This document shows positions 13,910-25,967 of a stretch of 64,000 nucleotides of DNA, piece by piece (within the stretch, counting starts at the first letter, position 1; each line of letters starts with the position of its first letter). The notes beneath the pieces are model-generated. The model worked only from the letters and a program-made list of their open reading frames with translations, made no database searches and was not told the origin of the DNA. A program made the position numbers and the translations under genes. The stretch comes from the human T2T-CHM13v2.0 reference genome, Homo sapiens: NCBI RefSeq assembly GCF_009914755.1, contig NC_060938.1; one strand, written 5' to 3'.

Positions 13910-14978
13910 TTAATATATCTTCGGAGGTAGCAGACATATATAGACCCCAGGCCTTGGGAGGGTGGGGGCCTTGGCTCCCTCCTCTTCCTCATCTGCTTCC
14001 TCTGCTCTGTGGTCTAGCATGGGCTCTTCAGGGGCTCACCTCCTGAGAGGCCCCTGCCCCAGGTGACGATCACAGTGCTCTACCCCTCGCTCCTGCCTCC
14101 TCATCTCTGCCACCTTGTGATGCAGCACGTCCCCCGGGCCTGGAGCTGGGGGAAGGGCTCACAGAGTGGTCTTGTAGCAAGAGCGATAGAAACCCTGCAT
14201 GATGGATTGAAGGAGACGAGACCATTCCTGGCTGATGGCTGACGTGCATCGGCAGTGACAGGCGACGATGTTTGTGCTCTGAACCTGCAATCTTAGCTAA
14301 TGGGAAAGATTGAGGGGTTCGAAATGAGACATGTCGTGTGCTGCAGCCCCACGGGCAGAGATGCTGCTGGCAGGGAAGAGCACAGCTTCCTTGCTTCCCG
14401 AGGGAGGGGCTGCGGGACACATTCCCGCCCAGGTCCCCAGGCAGGTACGCAGATGCCTCAGGCTCGTTGGGAGCTGACTTTTTCCAGCAGGTTCTTGGCT
14501 GCTCCCTGGCTGTCTGGGATCATGTCGGAGGCCCAGACTGGGGAGCTGCAGGAGAGGGCAGCAAGAGAGTCTTTCTCCTGGGGGCATCCTGAGTGGCTGC
14601 CTTCCCAGCGCCTCCCATAAGGGGCTGCAGTACCCAAATGAGCTGGGGTCCTTCCGCCCTTATTCTTGTTCTATCCCCAAGGGAGCTTCAGGGGACTTCC
14701 AGGGAGTAGCCTGAGGGAGGAGACAGCAAACAATGGAAGCAAAAGCTTAGAATCCGAGACTCAGCTCATATAACACTGCCAGCGCTTCTTTTGGTTTGGA
14801 AGCCATACTGCCCTGGGTTTGAATGCCAGTTCTCCCAACACAGCCATTTCCTGCCTGTGTGATCTCTGACAACCATTTCTACCTCTCTGGGTCTGTTTTG
14901 TCAGTTGTAAAATCTGAAGGAAAGAAAACCACTTCCTGGGAATGTTGAACTAAGGACTGATAGAAACAAGCAGGAAAG

Positions 14979-15150
14979 CCGTGCTTCTCAAACCTCACCA
15001 TGCATGCGAATCAACAGGGATCTTGTTTAAAATGCAGATTCTGACTCAACAGGTCTTGGGTGGAGCCTGAGGTCCTGCATTTCTAATGAGCTCCCAGGTG
15101 ATGTCGACGCTGCTGGTCCGCTGGTCCGTGAATCTCAATTCTAGCAACAA
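14979..15150. mobile_element. MER5A hAT-Charlie element
   Basis: gtgcttctcaaac...aaaatgcagattctgactca...ctgcatttctaatgagctcccaggtgatg. Confidence 0.8.
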
Positions 15151-16549
15151 AGAATGTACAAGATCATAGCAGATACCTGGTTCGTAGGGGGTACTCAACA
15201 GGCAGTGCCTTTGTTATTATTATCAAGGTCGTCAATGCAATGTAGGTGAGACTGTCTCTTTCTTGACCACAGCCCATATCCTCCTTCAAAACTGTGTCGT
15301 TCAAGGTTTCCCTTGAAGCCACTGGAACACAAATGTTGGAGGGGCCCAAAGTGAGGGCCATCACAGATGGCCCAGTGGCCAAATCGTCTATTGGACATCT
15401 CTAGAAGCAGACATTGCTCCCGCTGACCCAGGGTCCAATGGGCCCAGTTGTTTGGGCTCTCATCTGGGAAGCTGGGATGGCAGTGGTGTTGCCCAGCCAC
15501 TTCACCACTCCATACATCACAGCTGCCTGAAGGTACAACAGAGGTCACTAGAGTCCCTATCCCTCATCCCAAATGGAGCCACTTGCTCTTCTGTTTTCTC
15601 ATGGGAGGGAACCCTAGGGGATCAGGAGCAAGCTCCTCCAGCAGCAGCAGAAGCAGCATGGCTCATGGTTACCATCTTGAGACCTTGGGCAACTCGTGAA
15701 CTATTTCAGGGCCTCAGTTTCCTCATCTGTAAAGTGGGGCAATACTCTATCACCCTAATGTGAGCATGAAATGAGATAATGGACATAAAATCCTTCTCAC
15801 ACTGTGTGCGCCAACTGTGCATCATTCGATGATTATTAGAGTGTCTCCACCACGTGTCTCCTGCCTCCTCATCACCTAGCCACAAAGGCTGGTGCTGGAG
15901 CCACCTGAGCTGTGATGAAATTGCGTGTTTGAGCTGGTCCTGTGCTGACTTGGAGCTGAGAGCTTCATGTGGTTTGGGGTCAAGTTAAGTGTAGCAGAAG
16001 TACAAAGCCAGAGGAACCAGAGCTGTGGCTCATGAGAAGGGTGAGCCCCTCCTGAGAAATTGTGGGGAAGGACGAAGGAGGGAAGAAGAGGAAGAGGACA
16101 AGGGGAATGGCGAATGCAGTTCCATCTTCCGTCACAGGCTGACCTGTCCATGGGTATGGGATGTCTGGGGAGGGCCCAGCCTGCTGGGTAAGGCTGCAGG
16201 GTGTGTGGTGGCTGCAGCAGAGATGCAGAGAGATGTCGGAGCTTTGTCATTCAGATTGCCCACACCAGCAACTCCAAAACCCTCTCTGGGGACACTTCCT
16301 GGAGGCTTAACTGTTCCAAACCCCTTCATTCCATTTGCTCTTGTGCAGGGGCAATGGGTGAACTCAGCCCCTTCAGGAAAGAGCCTGCTTATGAATCAGC
16401 AAATGCCTTAGTGGAAGAGCAGATCTAAATGTCAGGCTCACCCCTCTGTGCTTCCTTTTTCTCTGGGGCCTTGGCCCTTCCAGTCCTTGCTCCTATAGTA
16501 GCTCTCTGCTGCCTTCAAGTGGGTGTTGCTTTTTGTTTTCGGGTTTTCT

Positions 16550-16820
16550 TTTCTTTTTTTTTTTTTTTAACTTTGACAAAATACACAACACAAAATTTAT
16601 CATCTTACCCATTTTTAAGTGTACAATTCAGTTATATTAAGTGTATTCACATTGTTGTGCAACCAGTCTCCAGGACTTTTTCATCTTGCAAAGCAGAAAC
16701 TCTGTAAATTTGACTACTATACATATCTCATATACTCTAATAATACAGTATTGTATTTATCTTTTTGTGACTGGCTTGTTTCACTTAGCCCAATATCCTT
16801 AAGGTTTATCCATGTTGCAT
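16550..16820 (-). mobile_element. L1M (L1MB-like) 3' end fragment
   Basis: T-tract then aaaatttatcatctt..ttttaagtgtacaattcag..ttcacattgttgtgcaacc. Confidence 0.75.
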
Positions 16821-17119
16821 ATTTTCTGGTTTTAGATCCAGCTTTACTAGTTTCTCCTGGAGGCTTGGTTGGCCAGATACAAGCTAGTGATCACAGCTGG
16901 AAGCAGAAGTCCAGCCCCGATGGGCCAGGTAGGTGTGGGACTAGCTCCCCTGACATTGCGCCCATCACGTGCTAGGAGGTCAGTGTGAGAGCATCCCTCT
17001 CACTCAACAGCTTCAGTTTTAAGCAATAATTTCCGAGAATACCAGGCTAATGAACTCAACAGGTTGCAGGTTATAGGTGGGGCTCATGAGGTCAAGTTCA
17101 TGCATTTGCTACCTCCAAG

Positions 17120-17345
17120 GACAGTGTTATGTACTGATGGGGAACTTGGGCTCTAGGGTCAGATGGCCTGGGTGTAAATCCTGGTGCTATTAATTACTCT
17201 CTATGTGGCCTTAGGCAAAGTGCCTAACTTGCCTGAGTTCCTTTATAAAATGGAAATTGTAATAGGGCTGATGTGGGCATTAGATGACATGACCTCTTTA
17301 AAGAACATAGCCCAGGTTTGGCACAGAGGAAGTGCTTACTGACAG
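17120..17345 (+). mobile_element. MIR SINE
   Basis: gtcagatggcctgggtgtaaatcctgg...ttaggcaaagtgcctaac...aaaatgg. Confidence 0.65.
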
Positions 17346-17598
17346 CTTGAAATCAGAGATTTTATTAGCATTTCGTGGGTCAAAAACCTCCTCTTCCTGG
17401 CTTCTGATGTTGCCCAGCATGGACTGAGATGAGCAAGATGTGCCTTGGGGTTGTTATCCAGCTAGTCTGGTGTTTTTCAATTTTTACATATTTTTAAGCA
17501 GCAGCACCCTTTGAGAAATTCTTTTGCATAGCTCCAGTGTTGTGTTGGAAAAGGAGAGTTGCACAACTGGGGAGCAAGGAGCCCAGTCCTGTCCCCAT

Positions 17599-17666
17599 CG
17601 CATATGCATGCATGCACACACACACACACATGCGTGTGCACACGCACACACGCACGCACATGCACA
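17599..17666. repeat. Alternating purine-pyrimidine (CA/CG/TG) microsatellite
   Basis: About 68 bp of uninterrupted RY alternation. Confidence 0.9.
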
Positions 17667-18129
17667 GACACACTCTGCCTCCTCAGACAGGAATTCTGGA
17701 AAGCTCTGGGTTCCATGGAGGGAGCTGGAAACCATTGCCTTGTGGGAGGCCCCTCCTCATGGAGAGTCCTGAAGAATCTCTGGCTCCCTGTGAACAAGGA
17801 AACTCCACGTTTGGACACACTCACTGGGCTCCGGGAAGGCAGGGCAGGGCCTCCGCCTGAAGAGGCCTCAGCATCATCATGGGCAGGCTGGGCAGCCAGA
17901 GGCCTGAATCGAAGCCAAAAGGAAAGCAGGCCATGGGTCCCCCATGTCCCTTCATCTTGAGTCCTCACAAAACACCTTTTCTCACTTCCAGAGAGGAAAC
18001 ATACCTTCAAAAGCAGGTCTCTGACGGTGAGTCTCAGGTCACCTGCCTGAGCTGAGGACAGTGTGTTTGTTTCTAGCATCGCGACGGAGCCAGCCAGATA
18101 AAGGGGTTTGTCAGATGTGGGTGGATGAA

Positions 18130-18297
18130 CGTGTGTGTGCCTGGGCAGGTATCTGTGGGCACTGTGTGTCTGTCTGTGCATGTGCGTGTGTGCACCCGTG
18201 CATGTGTACGTCCATGCATTGTGTGCATGTCTACATGTGTATGTGTTTGTGTGTGTATGTGTATGTATCTGTGCGTGAGTATGGGTGTTTGTGTGTG
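18130..18297. repeat. Degenerate (TG)n microsatellite
   Basis: gtgtgtgtgc...tgtgtatgtgtatgta...gtgtgtg. Confidence 0.85.
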
Positions 18298-19595
18298 AAT
18301 CTCAGACTTCTCAGAAAGGCCCTCTCACGTCATCAGGTTCCCCTGCAAGACTTTTTGTGAATTCACTAATTCACCCACTCATCCATTTGTACCCTCCTTC
18401 CATGGACTAAATAAGGAATCACAAAATGATGAATTGTAATTTTGTTAAATGCCATGGTGTCTTGAGACCATATAATGGGGGCACCTAATTGCCCATTACT
18501 TTATGTCACAAACACACAAGGTCTCTAGGGACCGTGTCTCCCAGATCGCCAATACCATCGAGTGCATCATCACCTTGCTCCTGGCACTTCCCCGTGCACC
18601 TCTGCCTGCGCTCTCTGAGTTCTAGGACCTTGCCCTCACACACACCTGCCTGCATTTATGCATATAACCTATGGCACTGGGCCACCCTCGAGGGCATGGC
18701 AGCACGAGGGGCCTTGTTCATCTTCCTGCTATTTTGCCACATCAGGCATACATGAGTCCCATCAGAGCATTCCTGTGTCAACTCCAGACGTGTGTGTGTG
18801 TCTGGATAGGTGTGTATGTGCCTCTTGGATATGGGTAGTTATGTTCTTGGTCTGAGGACTGGGGGGATACTGAGGTCCTTCTGGAGAGTGGTGTGAGCAA
18901 CTCCAGGTGTGTGGGTATGTCTCTGAGCATGCCCTGGGCCTTGAATCATTCCCAGCCCATCACCAGAACCCTCCACTGTGTTGTCCTGCCAGTAATTACA
19001 GCAGATAAACTGCTCCAGTTGAGGGCTGCTGTCCCCGGCTGGCTGCCAGCCATGCGGCCCCAGGCTGCGCCGTGGGAGTCCATTCATTTTAATAAGAGGT
19101 ACACCCTGTGTTATTAAGAAGAGTGTTTATTACTGTCGCCACACACTGACAGCAACTTCCATCATCGTTAAACGGCAGATGCGGGGAGGGTAGGGGGGCT
19201 GTGCACTGCAGCTTTGCAGAGGCACAGGCCCAGCTGGTGAGGCTGAGGAGGGAGGGGTTGTGTGTCTCCCTCTCTTACCGCAGAACTGCATGGCACCCCC
19301 TTTCCCAGACAGAATTGAGCTTCTGCTGAGCCTGACCCTGTTCGAGGTGGGGGTTGGGGCCAGCAAAGGGATGCAGGAGGGGACTCTGCTCGACATCTGA
19401 GTGCTGTCCCGGAGAGGGCGAGGGAGTCCAGGGTTGGAGCTTGCTTCCCTGGGCCTGCTGGCCCTACTTCTCCTGATGTCACCGGAGGCAGGCCAGACTT
19501 TTATTCTGCCTGGAATGTTCTGTCCTCCCTAGGGATCTTGCAGTTGCAGCTCAATCTAAAGTAGCACCACACCTGCCCCAACCAGCCTTGGGTTG

Positions 19596-19693
19596 GTCGA
19601 GGTTGCAGTGAGCTGAACTGAGATCACACCATTGCACTCCAGCCTGGGTGACAGAGTGAGACCCTGTCTCAAAAAAAAAAAAAAAAAAAAAAA
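19596..19693 (+). mobile_element. 5'-truncated Alu 3' end with poly(A)
   Basis: gaggttgcagtgagc...gagaccctgtctc(A)n. Confidence 0.85.
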
Positions 19694-20089
19694 GTCAAGC
19701 CCAAACCTGGGTGGTGGGGGTCCCTTCCCCTATCTAGGGCACACGTGGATGCCAACCAGCCAAGGCTGATTGGTTCTTTCCATCCCACTGAGGGAAGCTC
19801 CATGAAGAAGGGTGCCAATTCAGTCTCACTCACTGCTCTGTCTCAAGCACAGAGAACAGAGTCTGCTGCATAAAGGCATCCCACAGACCTGTGTTCAACC
19901 ACTGGCTAAGTGAAGCCCCCTGGACCTTGCCCTTCCTGTTGTCTTTCAGGATATCTGGGTGTGGACGGGGTTAATGTACATTAAGGACAAGTGTTGTAGA
20001 GTAGAATAAACAACAGAGGATCTCAAACTTTCCCAGTTCTTTGCATCACGGTAATTTTTTCATGGTGCCCTAAGTCTAAAGAAACTCCT

Positions 20090-20253
20090 GGCTGGGGGCG
20101 GTGGCTCACACCTGTAATCCCAGCATTTTGAGAGGCCAAGGTGGGAGGATTGCTTGGGCCAGGGAGGTCGAGGCTGCAGTGAGCTATGATTATGTGGCTG
20201 CAACTCCAGCCTGGGCGACAGAGCAAGACCCTGTCTCAAAAAGAAAAATAAAA
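20090..20253 (+). mobile_element. Monomeric Alu (left-arm 5' part joined to right-arm 3' part)
   Basis: ggctcacacctgtaatcccagcattttg joined directly to gaggctgcagtgagctatgat...gaccctgtctcaaaa. Confidence 0.8.
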
Positions 20254-20343
20254 GAAATGCCCGAACATTATTATTATTATTATTATTTTAAGTAACTAGG
20301 TCCAAACAACTCAAGTATTCATAACAACTAATTAGCCCTTTGA

Positions 20344-20704
<361 letters not shown>

Positions 20705-20750
20705 TGAGCTTGATTTTTAAAAAATAATTTAATTGAATTTAATTTAATGC

Positions 20751-21084
20751 TTTTTTTTGAGACGGAGTCTCGCTCTGTCACCCAGGTTGGAGTGCAGTGG
20801 CATGCTCTTGGCTCACTGCAAGCTCTGCCTCCCGGGTTCATGCCATTTTCTTGCCTCACTGCAAGCTCTGCCTCCCGGGTTCATGCCATTCTCTTGCCTC
20901 AGCCTCCTGAGTAGCTGGGACTACAGGCGTCCACCACCATGCCCAGCTAATTTTTTTGTATTTTTAGTAGAGACAGGGTTTCACCATGTGTTAGCCAGGA
21001 TGGTCTTGATCTCCTGACCTTGTGATCCACCTGTCTCGGCCTCCCAAAGTGCTCGGATTACAGGCGTGAGCCACCGTGCCTGCC
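20751..21084 (-). mobile_element. AluY-like with 43-bp internal tandem duplication
   Basis: gcaagctctgcc, ttagccaggatggtcttgatctc diagnostics; duplication at 20812-20897. Confidence 0.9.
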
Positions 21085-21596
21085 TCCTAATTTTATTCTT
21101 TACTGTAATTACATAGCAATGGGATGCGTGAATCTGTTGAGACACAACCTCTCAGATTGGACACCGCCACCCTCATTTTGGGTTCCATGTTGATTTTTAT
21201 CACAACGGCCACCAAAAACCCACCTTCTCAAAGATATGGTATCACTGAAAAAAATGTATCAAGATCTAATATTAAAGCTGTGAACTGCCTTGAGCTAGTA
21301 GGGCCTGTGGTGTTCAATGGCTATTGAGTATTGCTGTGTTTGCCTGGAAAATTTAAAATATCCTAAGTACCTCTGTGTGTGCGCTGTAGTGCCCAGGGGC
21401 ACCTTGGTACCCAGTTTGGAAACCATAGTGGTAGAAGGCCTGGTTCCAGTCCCTGTTTTTTGTTAGCTTGTTGACATATTTATTTATTTAGGAAACACTT
21501 TAATAGTACTGATTCTGTGCCAGGCCTTGTTCTGAGAGCTGTACAAGCATCAACTCATTTGATCATCATAACAACCTCCTGAGACAAGTACTATTC

Positions 21597-22089
21597 TGTG
21601 ATGGTTAATTTCATGTGTCAACTTGGCAAGGCTATAGCGCCCAGTTGTTTGGTCAAGCACCAGTCTGGATGTTGCTGTGAAGCTATGTATTAAGACGTGA
21701 TTAACATTTAAATCAGTGGACTTTGAGTAATGCAGATTGCTGTCCATAATGTGGATGGACCTCATCCAATCAGGTGAAGGCCTTAAGACTGGGGTTTCCT
21801 GAAGAAGAAATTCTCAAAACTACCACATAGAAATCCTGCCTGAGTTTTCAGCCTGCTGCCCTGCAGAATTCAGACTCGAGACTGCAACATCAACTCTTAC
21901 CTGAAACTCCAACTTGCTAATCTGCCCTACAGGTTTCAGACTTGCCAACCCCCACAATTGCATAAGTTAATTCCTTAAAATCAATAAAATCTCTCTCTCT
22001 CTCTCTGTCTCTCTCTCTTCCCGTAGATATAGATATAGAAAGCTCCTGTTGGTTCTGTTTCTCTAAAGAACCCCTACCTGACTAATACA
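21597..22089 (+). mobile_element. ERVL solo LTR (MLT2 family) inserted in a MIR
   Basis: tgtgatggttaatttcatgtgtcaacttgg...ggttctgtttctct...ctgactaataca; 5-bp TSD tattc/tatta. Confidence 0.88.
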
Positions 22090-22349
22090 TATTATTATCC
22101 TCATTTCCAGATAAAGACAATGTTCAACTCTAACTAGCAGTGTGGCCTTGGACAAGCCTTTTCTCTTTGGGCCTCTGTTTTACTGTGGCCAAATGTGGGC
22201 CTTAGGCAAGATGAATTCAAGGTTCCTTCCAGGGCTCACATCTGCTGCCTCAGCCCTGGAGCTCAGCTGATCTTTGGTGGGTCTCGGACCAAGACTACAA
22301 TCTTGCCAAGGACACTGCAGTGGGCCTTGCATGTGGGCCACCTAGCAGC

Positions 22350-22832
22350 CATTCCTAGCCCATTTCTCCCTCGCTACCACTTACAAATTGGCCTAGATAC
22401 TCTCGTTTCTAGCCACCCAAGTAGTTAGGGGAAGTTGTGTGAACTTCTTCTGGCTAATGATATATTAACTAATGATGCAAGTCTACTGGGGGTTTCTAGA
22501 AGAGATATTTTGTTTCTCAACAGAAAAGTTTAGAGAGAAGAATTCACTGGTTCTGATCTTTCCCCTTTCTTTGGAAGGCCATGAGGCTTAGACCTGCAGC
22601 AGTTGGCTTGTGACTATGGGGCACAAACCAGCTGCTTAGGATGGCAAAACAGAAACAAGCACAAAGGTCCTTGTTATATGCTTGAACTGCCAAACCAAGC
22701 CTAAGACCTGCTGCCTCTGGACTTCTTGGTATTCAGCATGCACAAATCCTTGTGGTTGAGCCACTATGGCTAAGTCAGTGCTACTTGTACTTGTTACTTG
22801 CAAGTAAGTCACAGTATTGTAAACTGATACCA
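22350..22832 (+). mobile_element. Old MaLR LTR (MLT1K/L-like)
   Basis: ctgcctctggacttcttg...ttgagccact...tgttacttgca...aactgatac. Confidence 0.55.
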
Positions 22833-23301
22833 GGCCCTTCATCTACTGCTAGAGACCAAGGCCCAGCTTGGTGAGTGATCTAGGGAAGGGTCCTGACTGG
22901 GGAATGTTGCTTTCGGCCTTAAGAGAACTGAATTTACTCATTTTGATTGAGTCATGACTTTGACCCCAAAGAGAGAGCCACTAATACTATGTTTTTCCAA
23001 ATTCCTAATAGGTGGTGCCACATATTCTTGATCCGTAAGACAGATGCTCCACAGGCAGTTTCAGAACAGTGTGCTTATCAAATAGATGGCTTTGGAGCTC
23101 ATAGAAAAGTATGTGGGTCACAACGGGCCTGCATTGCTCATCCCAGCCAAGCCTCACTTTCCTGTTTCATAAGATTGATGAGGGGAATGTCAGAGACTTC
23201 ATATTCTTATATTTTGAAGTGTTTGATAAAACCTATCATAATGGACTTGGGGCCTCATACAGAAATGTGGGTTAAATAATAACAGTCTCAGTTCGCAGCT
23301 C

Positions 23302-23602
23302 TTTTTTTTTTTTTTTTTTCCTTGAGAGAGAGTCTCACTCTGTTGCCCAGGCTGGAGTGCAGTGGTGCAATCTTGGCTCACTGCAAGCTCCGCCTCCCAG
23401 ATTCACACCATTCTCCTGCCTCAGCCTCCTGAGTAGCTGGGACTACAGGCGCCGGCCACCACGCCTGGCTAATTTTTGTATTTTTGGTAGAGACGGGGTT
23501 TCTCCGTGTTAGCCAGGATGGTCTTGATCTCCTGACCTCGTATCTACCCGCCTCGGCCTCCCAAAGTGCTGGGATTACAGGCGTGAGCCACCGCGCCCGG
23601 CC
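23302..23602 (-). mobile_element. AluY
   Basis: CpG-rich dimer; TSD tcagttc..agctctt. Confidence 0.95.
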
Positions 23603-23869
23603 TCAGTTCATAGCTCTTGATCTATCAAGTCCCAGTTTGTTTACCAAATGCTTTCATATTACTTGTTATGTGCTAAGCCTAAGAGCTTTACAAATATTAA
23701 CTCATTTAATTGTCACATCCATCTTATGAGATAGGTGCTATTATTATTCTCACTAAAGAGGGCTGATCATTGGATTGATGTGAGCCTAGATGAAGTGTCT
23801 AGAGGCAAACCACAGGACTCTGCTCTTAACCCTGTCCTGTTCAACCCATTTTTAAAATCAAAGACTTGG

Positions 23870-24183
23870 GGCTGGGTATAGTGGCTCACACCTGTAATCC
23901 CAGCACTTTGGGAGGCCGAGGCCGGTGGATCACCTGAGGTCAGGAGTTTGAGACCAACCTGGCCAATGTGGTGAAACCCCGACTGTACTAAAAATACAAA
24001 AATTAGCCGGGCATGGTGGTGCGTGCCTGTAATCCCAGCTTCTCTGGAGCTGAGGCAGGAGAATCGCTTGAACCCAGGAGGCAGAGGTTGCAGTGAGCCA
24101 AGATTGCTCCACTGCACTCCAGACTGGGTGACAGAGTGAGACTCTGTCTCAAAAATAAAATAAAATAAAATATATAAAATAAA
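23870..24183 (+). mobile_element. AluS within old CR1/L3-like sequence
   Basis: Full dimer; TSD aaagacttgg; flank ccacaggactctgctcttaaccctgtcctgttcaac resembles CR1 RT-region DNA. Confidence 0.9.
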
Positions 24184-24689
24184 AGACTTGGATAGGAAGC
24201 ATCTGGCATTTTGACCACAATTTTAGGACTGCCAAAGCTGTCCTGTGTTAGATGATTCCAGTGGGCCGGAATGAGGCAGCTGAAACCATCAAGCTGAAAT
24301 TGAATAGGGTTACATATAAAGCCATTCACCCTTGTTTTAAAAACCGTACTGTAAAAACACAGAAAAAGAGATGGTGGCTAACTGCAGCACACGGGAAGGA
24401 AGACATGGGTGTGTGTTAGTTGCCTGTGGGTTCAGGGAGTCAAAGCTGCAGTGCGGTCGCATCATATCAACTGGGATACTTGTTTCTGTGATGAAATGGG
24501 GTGCCCGGGGGTGGAGTGGGTAGACCCAGGCCCCAGTCTTTGCTGTTGACAGCACACATGAGATATTGGGTTCTAGTATCTGAACGACACTCCACAGAGA
24601 AAGACTAACACATTAGAGAATGGTCAGAAAGAATCGCCAGGATGGGACGGGCCTCAAAACCATGGGAACTACAATGGGCAGTGGTCGTT

Positions 24690-25198
24690 TTGACTCGAAT
24701 TCCATTCCCCTTTGTTCTGGAAATAGCTGCATGATTTCCCTTAGGGGATCCACTCCAGCCCTCTTTCCGTGTCATATGAGTGTGGTCAACCCCAGGGGAT
24801 GGACACATGATCCAGGCCTGGCTACTCAGAGAGTTGTGACTTCCTGGCCACAGGGATTGGTTCAGGGGTAGACACCTAACCTAAGGCAAGCCAAAGAGAG
24901 CCCTACCCATGGCTTCCGCTGGATTTACTGGGAAATAGGAGTTCTCTTCCTGCTGTGTTTGGTGAGCTGGCGGGATTTAGGCTGGGTCTCCCAGGGCTAC
25001 CTACCACATTAGGAGTGTCTGCCTGAGAATAGGGTCAATGCAGAGGAGGGCAGGGGCCAAGAAAGGGGAGCAGTTTCTGGAAAAGTTGTTTACACCCTTG
25101 CAATGCCCCAGTCCCTAACTCTGGATTTTCCCAGTTTCATGAGCACTAAGTTCCCTTTTTAAGTTGGCTTTTGGCCCCTGTGACTCTGACTGGCACAG
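24690..25198 (+). mobile_element. ERVL LTR (LTR16-like)
   Basis: cctggccacagggattggttcagggg, gattttcccagtttcatgagc..aagttcccttttt. Confidence 0.6.
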
Positions 25199-25924
25199 CA
25201 GCTGAGCCTGTCTGGACCGACAAAAGGGCTTCAAATTCTTAAAAGTAAAGTGACTTGCACAGGATGAGACTTGTCCTTGTGTATCCCCAGAGCCAGTGGG
25301 AACAGAGATGGAACCTCACAACTGGGCTCCAGAGAGGTGAGAAAGAGTTTTCTAAGAACAGGGCGCCAGCAGGTGCTGTAACACCCCATGTTGAGGTTAT
25401 CATGAAGGTCGCTTGTGTGTATGGTAGAGAGTGGGACCCTGTGGTCCTTGAACTCTGAGATATGATGATTCAACTATAAGTTTGTAGCTGGGTGTGGTGG
25501 GGATCATGATTCCATAGACGGTTCTGGTGGGAAGAGACAGATCTAGAATCAGAATCTCTGGGTTCTATCCCTTTCTTTCACTAGCCAGCTCCATGGGCTG
25601 AAGCAAGCCAGTTAACCCTTCAGACTCACTCTCCATCTGCCCAGGTGCAGGGAGTGCTGTCTGCTGGGGGTTATTGTGAGGCTCAAAAGCAGTAAAAGCT
25701 ATAAATGGTTTGAGGAAGTTAATGCATGGGGCAGACAGATGTAAGAGGCTGGTAAGAGGGGGTGAGGTGGAAAAGGAGATGCAAGAAGAATGAAGGGCTG
25801 AATGAGACCACCCAGAAGCCAGGCCTGGGCTGCAGGGGCTTCCTTGGGGTCATGTTTCTTGTGGAGAAGAGGTGGGTGATGTCAATGACTGGAGCTGGGA
25901 GGGAGGGTGAGATGGCAGGTGTCT

Positions 25925-25967
25925 CACGGAGTGTTGATAGCTTGGAGCACGGAGTGTTGATAGCTTG
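25925..25967. repeat. Two-copy 20-bp exact direct repeat (period 23)
   Basis: cacggagtgttgatagcttg at 25925-25944 and 25948-25967. Confidence 0.95.

Noticed and set aside
12681-13937. Long overlapping ORFs (240 aa, 208 aa, 137 aa)
   Set aside because: Entirely inside the GC-rich MER52 LTR, on both strands, with no recognisable domain or splice context.
16850-17110. Possible ancient tRNA-derived SINE fragment
   Set aside because: Similarity too weak to assign without a profile search.
17477-18360. 234-aa and neighbouring ORFs rich in H/T/C/V
   Set aside because: Translations of (CA)/(TG) microsatellites.
25925-25967. CRISPR-like direct repeat
   Set aside because: Only two copies with a 3-nt spacer, eukaryotic context, no cas genes.
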